This document shows positions 1 through 12,372 of a stretch of DNA of 64,000 bases, one piece after another (position 1 is the first letter of the stretch; each line of letters opens with the position of its first letter). The DNA is from Octopus sinensis (Eukaryota), in NCBI RefSeq assembly GCF_006345805.1, contig NC_043001.1:98456001-98520000 (forward strand), in the 5' to 3' direction. Below the pieces are notes generated by a model. The model saw only the letters and a list, made by a program, of their open reading frames with translations. It did not search any database and was not told where the DNA came from. A program made the position numbers and the translations under genes.

Positions 1-917
1 CAATAAAAGTATCACTAGTAATAAGAAAACGCTCACAGACTCTTATGTAAATGCCAAAAACCTCCAGAGTGTTGGGAGGTTAGAGCCAGGCCAAGGTAAA
101 CTCACTGCATATCTATTGAAGAAAGTTTGTTGACGCCAAAAGTGCTTCGTAAGCTTCAAGAAGAATGGTCGTTAGAAGATGACTATCGTAAAAAGAAGAA
201 AAAATAATGACAATTAATTAAAAAGGCTTTTTTAATAGTTTAAAACAATAAAATAAATTTCTATTTTTAATTTGTTTCTTCGTTCACTAATAGAAGGGAG
301 ATAATTCTCTAAGTTTCAAGGGAGATAACCGTTAATTGATTTCATAGTTTCTGAAGGAAAACCTGATGATATAAGATTATTCTGTTGACCTTGGCTTCTA
401 CAACAAAGTAAATACTGTGGCAAACTTACGTACCTAAATATTCAGTTCAACATTATGAACATAAGAAACAAAAAGAAAGGTGATAACTTACAACAAAATT
501 CAGCGGATTTGACCAACTTTACTGGGCAAGGGAGATAACCGACCAAACTCTTAGCAATAGTTAACTGGGTAAATGTGTGACATCTGCTAATATTGCTGTA
601 ACTACCAGTGTTATTAATTAATTAATTGATTAATTTTATTTATTCATTTATTACAGAACATGCTGTCCTAAAAAGGAAAAATCAAACAAATAAAATCCAT
701 TGTAATTCGTTAATAATTATATCTGGGGAGATATACTTTACGGACGTTTATAAAAAATTTGGGGGTTTGACTTCAGAACGTAAAAAGCTGATTTTGTTTG
801 ATGCCCTAGTAATTGTACTAACCCAGCACCCACAAGATTGCTAATAGTGGTGCCAGGCTACACATTTTGGGGAAAAGTACTGTGGATTAAGTCAACCTCA
901 TTGCTAGACTGGTTTAA

Positions 918-1220
918 GGCGGCGCGCTGGCGGAATCGTTAGCTCGCCGGATAAAATGCTTAGAATTGTGCCTATAAGGATTATTAATACTAATATTAAT
1001 AAAAGGCGGCGCGCTTGCGGAATCGTTGGCACACCGGACAGAATGTTGTGGAATTTCGTCAGTCTTATGTTTTGAGTTCAAATTCAACGGCCGTCGCCTT
1101 TGCCTTTCATTCTCCTAGGGATCGATAAAATGCTTAAAATCTACCAAAAGGTCGACTTTGATTTCATCCTTTCGGGGTTGATAAAATAGGTACCTGGTGA
1201 GCACTCCGGATAAAGTTAAT
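918..1220 (+). mobile_element. SINE family A (tRNA-derived head, central GGTCGACTTTGCCTTTCATCCTTTCGGGGTCGAT domain); two diverged partial copies
   Basis: A-box-like TGGCGGAATCGTTAGC and B-box-like GAGTTCAAATT, and it aligns by eye to many other copies in the window. Confidence 0.75.
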
Positions 1221-1255
1221 GCCCCCGAATTTGCTCGTCTCGTGCCAAAATTCGA

Positions 1256-1351
1256 AACCTCCTCCTCCTCCTCCTCCTCCTCCACCACCACCACCACCTC
1301 CTCCTCCTCCTCCTCCTCCTCCTCACCATCATTATTATCATTATTATTATT
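1256..1351. repeat. Compound triplet microsatellite (CCT/CCA/CAT/TAT)
   Basis: Directly visible. Confidence 0.95.
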
Positions 1352-1534
1352 ATTCAGTAGTTTATTTTTATTGTTATAGCGCTGCTTTCACTTCACTACC
1401 GAGCGCAGCTCTGGTGCCTTGGGTATGTGCTGCTGTGATTTGTTGTGATGCTCTCTGATGGTTATTGTATGGAAGTGTTCTGCGAAGGATGTGTGCAGTG
1501 CCTAGTAGTGCAATTTTCTGTATGTTATATGTGT

Positions 1535-1547
1535 TTGTAAGTTATTA

Positions 1548-1595
<48 letters not shown>

Positions 1596-1696
1596 CATTA
1601 TTATTATTATTATTATTATCATTATTATTTTCATTATTATTATTATATTATTATTATATTTATCATTATCATATTATATTTTATTATTATTATTAT
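1535..1696. repeat. (ATT)n microsatellite
   Basis: Directly visible. Confidence 0.95.
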
Positions 1697-2464
1697 GAAG
1701 GCGACGAGCTAGTAGAGTTGTTTGTACGCCCATCAGAATACTTAGCGGCATTTCGTCTGCCATCGCATTACAAGTTCAAATACCGCCGAGGTCTACTGGG
1801 TTTTTAAAAATCCTTTCGGTGTCGATAAGTACCAGTTGAGTACTGGGGTGGATGTGCCTATAGTAGAAAGAATTATTAAACTGGTTTCTATGTGATCAAC
1901 AAGTAGGGAAAATCTACACGTTCGCTCGATCTGCAAGAAACAGCGACTAAATCTCCACCAGATCACATATCATCTAAATAGAATATTAAAAAATTCACTT
2001 GTTAGATATAATTCTGTGTCTATTGTCAGATAGCAAAAGAAGGTGGTCATAGTTGGAGTATCTTTGATCATAGGTCGGCTAAGCGTTGATCTGGGGGCTA
2101 TCCATCCACTCTCCGAACAACCCTTAAAATATGACAGTCAGTCGTTCTTAGCAGACTATAAAGCCAAAATTGAAAGGGAGGTAACTAGATGTAGCAAGAT
2201 ATTTTAGTTTCTATTGTAACGATTGATTCATCTGACTTAATAATAGTGAAAAATCATAACGGTGTCAAATTTTCGCACAAGGCCAGCAGTTTCCGAGGAT
2301 TTGTAAGTTGATTATATCGAGGCCAGTTCTCAACTGGTACTTATGTTATCGACTCCGAAAATATGAAAGGTAAAGTCGATCTGGACGGAATTTGAACTCA
2401 GACGGCGAAGACGGACGAAATGCTGCTGAGCATTCTGTCAGCTTGCCGTCTTAATACTAATATT

Positions 2465-2961
2465 ACTCTTTTACTTGTTTCACTCATGTGACTGTGGCCA
2501 TGCTGGAGCACCGCCTTTAGTCGCGCAAATCGACCCCCAGGACTTATTCTTTGTAAGCCTAGCTACCTATTCTATCGCTCTCTTTTGCCGAACCGCTAGG
2601 TTACAGGGACGTAAACACATCAGCATCGGTTGTCAAGCGATGTTGGGGGGGGCGGCAACCACAGACACACAAACATACACACACAGATACATACATGCAT
2701 ATATATATATATATTATATATATATATATATATAATATATTAATATATATATATATATATATATATATGTACGACGGGCTTCTTTCAGTTTCCGTCTACC
2801 AAATCCACTCACAAAGCTTTGGTCGGCCCGAGGCTATAGAAGACAGTTGCCCAAGGTGCCACGCAGTGGGACTGAACCTGGAACCATGTGGTTCATGAGC
2901 AAGCTACTTACCACACAGCCACTCTTACGCCTCTACTTACCACACAGCCACTCCTATGCCT
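2465..2961 (-). mobile_element. SINE family B (tRNA head, CORE-like ACCTTGGGCAAGTG, internal TA/TG microsatellite, ~190 bp tail)
   Basis: Matches more than 10 copies in the window. About 30 bp of the head is duplicated in tandem at 2904-2961. The CORE-SINE assignment rests on recalled similarity to the MIR core. Confidence 0.85.
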
Positions 2962-3189
2962 ATTAATAACAATTTCTTACGCAAATTCATGCAATTTCTC
3001 TGGGATATGCAATTTGAAGGACGATGAAGATGGACTCTAACATTAAGCTGGTATTTATTTTATCTATCAAGAAGAATGAAAAATAAAGTGGGGCCCTAGA
3101 ATAGAAATATAAATTAGACGGTAACGAAACGAAAATGTTATAAGGTGCTTTACCGATTCTTCACTTAAAACAGCTTACATCAATATTGG

Positions 3190-3800
3190 TTTCAAATTTT
3201 GGCAGAAGGGTAGCAGTTTCGGGGTTCTTATTTTATCGATCCCTGAGAAGATGAAAGGTAAAAAGCGACCGTGGTGGAATTTGAACTCAAAACGTAAAGA
3301 TGGACGATATGCCACAACATTTTGTCCGGCGTGCTAACGATTCTGCCAGCTCGCTGCCTTTTATTAATATTAGTATTAACAACCCTTTCTACTATAGGCA
3401 CAAGGCCTGGATTTTGTGGAGAGTGGGGGGGGGGGGGTACTGGAGTCGATCACATCGACACCAGTACTCAACTGGTACTTGATTTATCGACCCTGAAAGG
3501 ATGAAAGGCAAAGTCGACCTCGGCGGAATTTGAACACAGAATGTAGCGTTAACGATTCTGCCTGCTCACCGCCTTAATATTAATATTGATAATTCTTTCT
3601 ACTGGAAGCACAAGGTTTCAAATATGGGGGAAGGAATTAAATCGATTATATCGACTCCAGTGCGTAATTGCTACTTATTTAATCGACCTCGAAATGATGA
3701 AAGGCAAAGTCGACCTCCGCAGAATTTGAACTTAGAACTTAACGAAATACCGCTCAGCATTTAGCCCGGGGTGCTAACCATTCTGCCTGTCCGCCGCCTT
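3190..3800 (-). mobile_element. Three adjacent diverged SINE A copies
   Basis: GATGAAAGGCAAAGTCGACC...GAATTTGAAC blocks near 3250, 3500 and 3695. Confidence 0.8.
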
Positions 3801-4584
3801 AATATTAGTATTATTAATAATAACATAACAAGCCTTTTTCTCGGATGACAAAGAAAATATTATATCGATAGCTAACTTCGAGTTGTGTAGCGTTTAAGGG
3901 AGATAAATCTTAACAAATTATGACTTCAGGGGTAAATTTCGTAATTTACTACTTTTATGATACTGGTTCAGAGTAGCAATGCTTTATACACTAGCTACAG
4001 TGCTACAACAAAGAATCACCACTAGAAATAGCAGTTAAATCTTCTTTGAATCACACCCTAACATTGTAAAAAAAATAGTGGCAGAAGTATTGGATAATGC
4101 GGTACTTAGACGCAATATATCTGAACATCTGAGACGATAAAAAAAAATGGGAGAAGGGAAATAACTCAAACTGGCTAACTGGCAAAAATGTGGATATTTA
4201 ATACCGGATCGCTTACCCGGCTTTCAGAAATCCGGGGACACTGTGTAATACAAGAATCCCTAACGTTACGGCCACTCCAGGTTACGGTATTTCGCACTTA
4301 CAGGAATTATAAAGTATGACTATTAATTTTGGGATACGGTCTGTAGTTTCACTCATACGGAGGAAGAATTCCATCCACGTTTCGTGGTTCGCTACCGCAA
4401 CAGCTCGTTTATAGGGTCCAATGGCTAAAGGCATCTTGAGGAAGAACCACGTCCGGTTTCGGCCCCTACTCCTCTATCGTTTTCGATGTGGTGCCCCCCG
4501 CTTTCGGAAGAGTCTTCAGCTCTAGCGTTGAGTACGTTTCTTCTTCTGTTCTTTGATTTCTTCAATGCATTGTCAACGAATGTA

Positions 4585-4812
4585 TGTTTCTTTATTACCC
4601 ACAAGAGGCTAAACACAGAGGGGACAAACAAGGACAGACAAACGAATTAAGTCGATTACATCGACCCCAGTGCATAACTGGTACTTAATTTATCGACCCC
4701 GAAAGGATAAAAGGCAAAGTCGACCTCGGCGGAATTTGAACTCAGAATGTAACGGCAGACGAAGTACGGCTACGCATTTCGCCCGGCGCGCTAACGTCTC
4801 TGCCAGCTCGCC
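4585..4812 (-). mobile_element. Full-length SINE A
   Basis: Complete head to ...AAAGAAA tail, close to the window consensus. Confidence 0.9.
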
Positions 4813-5049
4813 AGCGGACGACTGACCATCCTGCCAGATTTCCCTTTAAATACTCGCCAGTAGGCTCCTGTAGCCAGTACCACTATGACTATTAATTTCG
4901 GGATACGGTCTGTAGTTTCGCTCTTACGGAGACTCGTATTGTATAGTTTTGAATTGTTAACAGTTTAAATCTACATTTTCGTCTTATTTCAATGGCCGCT
5001 TGCGTTTTAAGATCAAAGTATATAGTTAACGATTTGAAAAACTATCATC

Positions 5050-5054
5050 ACGTT

Positions 5055-5121
<67 letters not shown>

Positions 5122-5376
5122 TACCCACATATATACACACACGCATTCACATACGTAATTATGTATGTATGTATACATGTATGTATGAATGTACATACAC
5201 ATGCATGTGTGTGTGTGTGTTTGCGCGCGCGTGTGTTTGTGTTTGTGTGTTTGTGTGTGTGTGTTTGTCTGTGTGTGTGTGTTTGTGTGTGTTTGTGTGT
5301 TTGTGTGTGTGTGTGTGTTGTTTGTTTGTGTGTGTGTGTGTGTGTGTGTTTGTTTGTGTGTGTGTTTGTGTGTATG

Positions 5377-5411
<35 letters not shown>

Positions 5412-5415
5412 GTTT
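5050..5415. repeat. (CA)n / (TATG)n / (TG,TTTG)n compound microsatellite
   Basis: Directly visible. It produces the spurious TH/CV ORFs. Confidence 0.95.
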
Positions 5416-6281
5416 CTACTAACACGACAGCCACTACCAACAACAACAGTAATGTACAGTATGAAGTAGGTAAGCAAATCCATTTGAAATAAAAACACAT
5501 AATGTGGTCTCTGAGCGTATTTTCAAAGTTGAATGAAATGTCTTTGATCTTAGGTCTACGAGGAATGGCTTGAGACTAAGCAGCCATAACAATAGTAAGA
5601 ACAATAAAACCGCTACAACACCAGCAACGCTCGCCCAACGTCACTAACACCTAAGCTGGCGCTTCCCACATCATCCCCACTACCAGCCCACCATCTTTGG
5701 AATCCAACTGGCAACAATAGACATTAGCATCTACACCAACTCATGTATGCATGTGTGTGTGTGTGTGTGTGTGTAAATGCTTCTGTGTATGAGTGCTCGC
5801 CTCTGTGTGTGTACGTGCTGTTGCCTAGAAAATCTGGAGAAACCGTTAGCTAACTGCAATTACATAGTACTTTCTCTTTCTCAGACGTTCATCCTCTTAT
5901 CTCATTTTCATTATTGCATCCATAGGAATGGGACAATTTTCCATTCTCACAAAACAGGTCTTTCCAGGGCCAATTCTTTTTATTACATATTTCTTTTGGA
6001 TAATTAATCACCGTAGCTGTTGGATTTACTTTCATTTTAAGATGTCTAGTGGGAAGCTATCAATAAGACGTAAAAGGCAGTAGGGATTGCACTGTATATT
6101 AAAACCTAATGTTTTAAAAAGATTTGATACGGATGTATAACTATGTTGTATTGCCAGAACATTAAATCTTACAACATCTACAGTGGGAACAATACGTTAT
6201 AAGAGAGAGAAAATTATGTCAAGTGTTGAAGAGTCTACTCTGTTAACTTTCTGGACCTTATTTTTCCATCGATCTGATAAA

Positions 6282-6511
6282 TATTTCTTTATTGCTCACA
6301 AGGGGCTAAACATAGAGGGGACAAGCAAGGACAGACAAAGGGATTAAGTCGGTTACATCGACCCCAGTGCGTAACTGGTACTTTATTTATCGACCCCGAA
6401 AGGATGAAAGGCAAAGTCGACCTCGGCGGAATTTGAACTCAGAACGTAACGGCAGACGAAATACCGCTCAGTATTTCGCCCGGCGTGCTAACAGTTCTGC
6501 CAGCTCGCCGC
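6282..6511 (-). mobile_element. Full-length SINE A inserted in the Tigger relic
   Basis: Near-consensus copy. Confidence 0.9.
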
Positions 6512-7282
6512 TGATATAATGCTTAAAATCGAACGACTTTTGAGCGTATGAATCAAGAATCAGAATCGGCATAATGTGCCGATAAGCACGATAGTAAATA
6601 AATAAAAACAAAGAAAAGGGTTTTACAAAGGATGAAGGATATGGCTGAGTTGTTAGTGTCCCAGAGAAAAGGTTTATCTAATGAGCAGTTGATATTTTTA
6701 GAAAAAACAAGCCGATTATACAGATGAAACAACGGCAGTTCCACCTGGACCATTTAAATCGGGTACAAAAATTATCACTTCAGCGTTGGCACTTATTAAG
6801 AAAGGTCTAACGGTTTTTACTGATAATGATCCTAATCGTGAGTGTAACATAAAAATTAAAAGAGGAGTTTATAACGAGCTCAGTTCCTATACTGAACTGT
6901 GCAAAGAAATAATGCGTCATAAACAACAAACAACTTTGGATAAGTTCTTCTCTCCTCAAGTTGATGTTGAATTATGATAATGAACTATAAGATAATAAAT
7001 ATTGTCCTTCGTCTTCCTAGTAACACTCATTCCACCACCACCCCTCAAACAGCAGTCGACATCTTTTGTGGTAAGAACGTATTCTTACGATTTACGACTT
7101 AACGCATTCCTCTTGAAATGGTTTTGCGTTTTTATGTATCTATATTGTATCGTGTATGTTAGAAATTGTTATTTTCATATATAAAGGTGATGGTGACAGT
7201 TGTTCTCTGTTATTTTCTTGTGCTTTTTTGTTTCTTATCGGAAATGTCCTTAGGAATGTAATCTCACTTGATGGTATGAAAA

Positions 7283-7513
7283 GGCGTCGAGCTGACAGAG
7301 ACGTTAGCACGCCGGGCGAAATGCCTTGAGGTATTTCGTCTGCCGTTACGTTCTGAGATCAAATTCCGCCGAGGTCGACTTTGCCTTTCATCCTTTCGGG
7401 GTCGATTAAATAAGTACCAGTTACACGCTGGGGTCGATGTAATCGACTTAATCCGTTTGTCTGTCCTTGTTTGCCCCCTCTATGATTAGCCCCTTTTGGC
7501 TAGTAAAGAAATA
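7283..7513 (+). mobile_element. Full-length SINE A with 10-bp TSD
   Basis: GGTATGAAAA at both 7273-7282 and 7514-7523. Confidence 0.92.
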
Positions 7514-8122
7514 GGTATGAAAAATCAATATGGAAATTAACTTCGCATTACGGAATTTCGCGTTGCGTCCAGAATCTCAGGATCGCATTACTTCTGTAAA
7601 GCGAGATATTCCTGTATTGTGCAGAGTAGGATACCCTGTAACGAGTAAAGAGATCCTGTTTTTGAAGGTGGTTAATTTACATACGATGCGCTAAAATAGT
7701 TTTGTTATTTCATTGCTTTTAAATGTGGTTTGATAAGGATTAAACACACTCTGCTTCACAATTGTATTAATTTCTACCAGTTTCTACCAAATAAAATCAT
7801 GCTCTACACTTTTCTTCGTTTACTTTTCATCCTACAAACATTATACACCATACAGATTAATATATTTTATGAATTTTAAGTGGATTAATAAATATCGATC
7901 AGATTCTGTTTTAGGAAAATATTAATTTGACTCTGTTAAATACAGTTTAGCTCTTTCCTGCTTATAAATTATTTTGTATCTGAAGTAATATTTAGGCTGT
8001 CCCCAGAAAACCGGAAAACCCAGATATCCACCACATCTGGTCTCAAGCTTGACAAAAAAAATTGTTCGATACTGTGTAAATTAAAGAGCGATATATACTG
8101 AATGCTGTATGCATTCTTTCTA

Positions 8123-8163
<41 letters not shown>

Positions 8164-8289
8164 GTCTCTCTCTCTGTCTCTCTCTCTGTCTCTCTCTGTC
8201 TCTCTATCTATTTATCTAATCTATCTATCTACCTGTCTGTCTATCTGTCTATCAGTGTCATTTTTCAGTCTTATTTCAATATTTCTTGC

Positions 8290-8360
8290 CAATAGAGAAG
8301 GAGCCGGTTTCTAACCTAGATCCAAGGCTCCTTCATTGGAATTTCAACAACATGAACAGG

Positions 8361-8391
<31 letters not shown>

Positions 8392-8700
8392 TGTATGTAT
8401 GTATGTATGTATGTATGTATGTATGTATGTATGTATGCATGTATGTATGCAGATTTCTGTTTTGTCTTATATAAGTATTCTCATGCATAGATTTGCATAT
8501 CTAGACATGCTCATATATACTTAAATGATAAACTTTGGAAAGTTTTAGACATTTATAGTTCCATTGATGGTTTGGATCTGTAGTCTTCGAATCAGCCTTC
8601 ATCTTTCTGATTTTGGAAAGCCTAATTTTTCAAGATTGGTATTTAGGGAGTGTGTTGCACACCCCAGTGCCCCAATAATTACAGGTATAAACCTATGTTC
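8290..8700 (-). mobile_element. 3' fragment of an RLE-type non-LTR retrotransposon
   Basis: Minus-strand RFIPVIIGALGCATHSLNTNLEKLGF...LIRRLQIQ fits an RLE C-terminus. The 3' UTR contains (CATA)n. Homologous to 34860-34985. Confidence 0.65.
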
Positions 8701-8778
8701 GTATGTATGTATGTATGTATGTATGTATGTATGTATGTATGTATGTATGTATGTATGTATGTATGTATATGTATGTAT

Positions 8779-8996
8779 AAAAAAATACAAAATGGGACAA
8801 GAACGCAAAATATCCAGAAGACGATACAAAAAACACGGACGGGTCATTCGAAGCCTTTAATCTTCAGTCAAGAACCGGATCATCCTCGCAATTTCGGCTG
8901 ATTAATCTTGAGATTGCTCCAATCTGGTCAACCCCAGGGAAAAACTAAGCTAACAGCATTAGATTCCTTGGAAAAAACTTCGAATGTATACGAAAC
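8779..8996. repeat. 218-bp dispersed repeat module, probably a PLE terminal repeat (copy 1)
   Basis: Identical to 11567-11784. A diverged reverse copy lies at ~36193-36451. Confidence 0.85.
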
Positions 8997-9171
8997 TATG
9001 TATGTATGTATGTATGTATGTATGTATGTATGTATGTATGTATGTATGTATGTATGTATGTAGTTCTAAGATGAGAATCAGATATTCTACGTATAGAATA
9101 CACTTAGTAGCGTTCAAGAGAAGTAAACGTACGAATAAGGTAGTTAGGCAGATCAATATAATAAGTATATC

Positions 9172-9784
9172 CTTTTCTATTCTAGGCACAAGGCCAATAT
9201 TTTTGGATCGGGGACTAGTCGATTAGATCGACCCCAGTAAGCAAGTGGTACTTAATTTATCGACCCCGAAAGAATAAAAACCAGAGTCGACTTCGGTGGA
9301 ATTTGAACTCAGAAGGTAAAGACAGACGAAATACCGCTGAAGCATTTCGCCCGCGTGCTAACGTTTCTTATTTCTCTATTGCCCACAAGGGGCTAAACAT
9401 AGAGTGGACAAACAAGGAGAGACAAAGGGATCAAGTCGATTACATCGACCCCAGTGCGTAACTAGTACTTATTTAATCGACCCCGAAAGGATGAAAGGCA
9501 AAAATCGACCTCGGCGGAATTTGAACTCAGAACGTAAGGACAGACGAAATACCTATTTCTTTACTACCCACAAGGGGCTAAACATAGAGGGGACAAACAA
9601 GGACAGACAAACGGATTAAGTCGATTACATCGACCCCAGTGCGTAACTGGTACTTATTTAACCGACCCCGAAAGGATGAAAGGCAAAGTCGACCTCGGCG
9701 GAATTTGAACTCAGGATGTAGCAGCCGACGAAATACCGCTAAGCAATTCGCTCGACGTGGTAACGTTTCTGCCAGCTCGCCGCC
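9172..9784 (-). mobile_element. SINE A cluster: one older copy plus a head-to-tail dimer (9369-9784)
   Basis: Three central domains. The dimer junction GACGAAATACC|TATTTCTTT is at 9553/9554. Confidence 0.88.
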
Positions 9785-9973
9785 TTAATATAAAAATTAT
9801 ATCGAATACATGAAATGCAAAATATGTATGTATGTTTACATACAAAAAGTTCCGACTTACACAGAACAGAAATAACATCAAGATTTAAAGGGGTTGAAAA
9901 AAAAAGTATTACAAACCCAACAGCTGTTTCTGGGGGCTCGTTGGTCGAAAATAATATTTGTAATGCTTTAGAT

Positions 9974-10182
9974 CAGTTGTTCCCAACCCTTGTTATGCCA
10001 CGCACCCCTAAAAACTTTTAATATGTTCTTGCACCTCTTAAAGTAATTAATTTTATAAGAATAAAGGCGTCCGGGGCAATTGCTCTCTTTGACCTCCTAT
10101 AAATCCAGCCCTGCTCGCATCCCCTGGAATGCCATCTCGCACCCGATAGAATGCTATCTCGCACCCTGGCTGGGAAACAATC
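9974..10182. mobile_element. hAT (Charlie-like) MITE
   Basis: Imperfect TIRs CAGTTGTTCCCAACC / GGCTGGGAAACAATC. The 8-bp TSD is CTTTAGAT (9966-9973) / TTTTAGAT (10183-10190). Confidence 0.7.
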
Positions 10183-10639
10183 TTTTAGATGTACTTATTG
10201 CAAGAAATAGCTGGGTTTCCTCTTTAAAATTTTACATAGGTCAACTTACACAAGTTAATATTTGAAAAACAAAATAAAAATGTTAAAAGTTTCTTTAAAA
10301 TTATTTTTTCAAGCATCGATTGGCTATGGGCGGGGTCCACCAGAATAAAATAGTAACCAAAAGGATTTCTTTCGGTCATGAATGATCATGGGATTGCACC
10401 TAAAAAATTCTCCTCCGGAGCACAAGTCTGGGCAAGGTTGTTTTTATATGGAAAACCGGCAGTCACCCATGCATACCATCCGCCCATCTTCATGCCACTG
10501 ATGTTACCCAAGGGAAAGGCAAAGGCCGATACATCTTGGCACCAGTGACGTCGCAACTCATTTCTACAGCTGAGTGAACTGGAGCAACGTGAAATAAAAT
10601 GGCTTAGAACCCCTGCAATACAAAGTACAGTATATTCAG

Positions 10640-10951
10640 TGTACAGCAAGTTTGTTCCTTCTTGAGCCATGCCTGGCTCATAAGGGCCGGTTTCCCGGCT
10701 TTCTTGGCGTATAGGTTCCCCACTTGGACGGGACGCTGGTCCGTCGTAGGTGAGCTGCAAGATGCAGGAGGAAAGAGTGAGAGAAAGTTGTGAAGAAAGG
10801 GTCAGCAGAAGTTCGCCATTACCTTCAGCCAGAGCCACATGGAGCTTAGGTGTTCCGCTCATAAACACACTCATCGGCGGGCCTGAGATTCGTGCCTGCG
10901 ATCCCTCGACCGCGAGTCCGCTGCTCTAACCACTAGGCCACGTGCCTCCAC
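10640..10951 (-). mobile_element. SINE family D (tRNA-like head TGGCCTAGTGGTTAGAGCAGCGGACTCGCGG)
   Basis: Homologous to 30490-30780, 44385-44682, 46065-46262 and 52825-53137. Confidence 0.8.
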
Positions 10952-11293
10952 AGTGTACAGCAAGGCATTCTCAGATTTCTTGAAGCCAGATACAAGGTAC
11001 GGTACTGTACAAGAAATTCGATATTATGACACAGACACCAAGATGGTCGAGCAACAGATTCAGCAACGGCATCTCTATCCTGTTTTCTATAAAGACATGC
11101 TACCATGCCATAATTAGTTGAGTATTGTTAACGAAAATAACAATTTAAAGTAATTGCTTGTATTTTTTTAAAAAACTTTTTGTTCTGGATGCTATTTGGA
11201 CTAATTGAGTTCACGAGTGTGTGTGTGTTTACGTTTGCATATATGTACGTACGTACATACATACATACATACATACATACATACATACACACA

Positions 11294-11347
<54 letters not shown>

Positions 11348-11566
11348 TCGTGTTCGTCTAGACGTGTGTTAGCTTGAAAGTGTATGTATGTATATATGTT
11401 TGTATGTATGTATTTGTGTGTGTGTGTGTGTTTCTGTTTGCATATATGTACGTACATATGTATATATGTGAGTGTTTGTGTTTGTCTAGGTGTGTGTTAG
11501 TGTGTAAGTGCATGTATGTATGTATGTATGTATGTATGTATGTATGGTATGTATGTATGTATGTAT

Positions 11567-11784
11567 AAAAAAATACAAAATGGGACAAGAACGCAAAATA
11601 TCCAGAAGACGATACAAAAAACACGGACGGGTCATTCGAAGCCTTTAATCTTCAGTCAAGAACCGGATCATCCTCGCAATTTCGGCTGATTAATCTTGAG
11701 ATTGCTCCAATCTGGTCAACCCCAGGGAAAAACTAAGCTAACAGCATTAGATTCCTTGGAAAAAACTTCGAATGTATACGAAAC
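11567..11784. repeat. 218-bp module (copy 2)
   Basis: Base-by-base identical to 8779-8996, and both are flanked by (TATG)n. Confidence 0.88.
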
Positions 11785-12331
11785 TATGTATGTATGTATG
11801 TATGTATGTATGTATGTATGTATGTATGTATGTATGTATGTATGTATGTATGTATGTATGTATGCATGTATGTATGCATGTATGTATGTATGTATGTATG
11901 TATGTATTGTGTAGGTGTGTCTGTGTGTGTTTGTATGCGTGTGTGTGTGTTAGGCAGATTTTAAAGTATTTTAAGCTTAAAAACGCATGTAAAACACCCA
12001 TCTATTAAAAAAACATCCGACGAAAGACCCTGCTTAAACAAGAAAAAATTGAAAAATGTTCTCCCCAAAGACTAAACGAAAAATATTTAGGTGCACACTG
12101 GTAGTGTGTATATGTCACCCCGTGTGTATGCGTGCGTGTATGCGGTTGTGTATGCGGTTGTGTATGCATGTGCATGTGTGTTTATTTGTGTGTATATGTA
12201 TGTGGATTTGTGCGTGTGTATGTGAATGTGTACGAGTGTATGTACACGAATATGTATATCTATGTGTGTATATGTATGTATGCGTAAGTGTGTCTATGTA
12301 CATACGTGTGTGTATGTATGTGTATGTGTGC

Positions 12332-12372
<41 letters not shown>

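Larger units (their letters stand above)
6040..7614 (+). mobile_element. Decayed, internally deleted Tigger/pogo transposon
   Basis: CENP-B-type HTH remnant IARTLNLTTSTVGTIRYKREKI (~6150-6220). C-terminal remnant DNDPNRECNIKIKRGVYNELSSYTELCKEIMRHKQQTTLDKFF (6786-6977) has the Tigger-like QTxLDxFF end. The right terminus ...AAAGCGAGATATTCCTG is followed by TA at 7615. No left TIR found. Confidence 0.7.

Noticed and set aside
1197-1698. Poly-Ser, poly-Pro and poly-Ile ORFs
   Set aside because: Triplet microsatellites flanked by SINE sequence.
4425-4530. Minus-strand CTGAAGA...CCGAAACC hammerhead-like motif
   Set aside because: The stem II closing pair is C-C and no convincing stem II forms. 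Single copy.
4992-5500. TH/CV/YI-repeat ORFs here and throughout the track
   Set aside because: Stop-free translations of CA, TG, TA and TATG microsatellites.
10386-10874. 162-aa ORF similar to 44214-44603
   Set aside because: The similarity comes from shared SINE D sequence, not paralogous genes.
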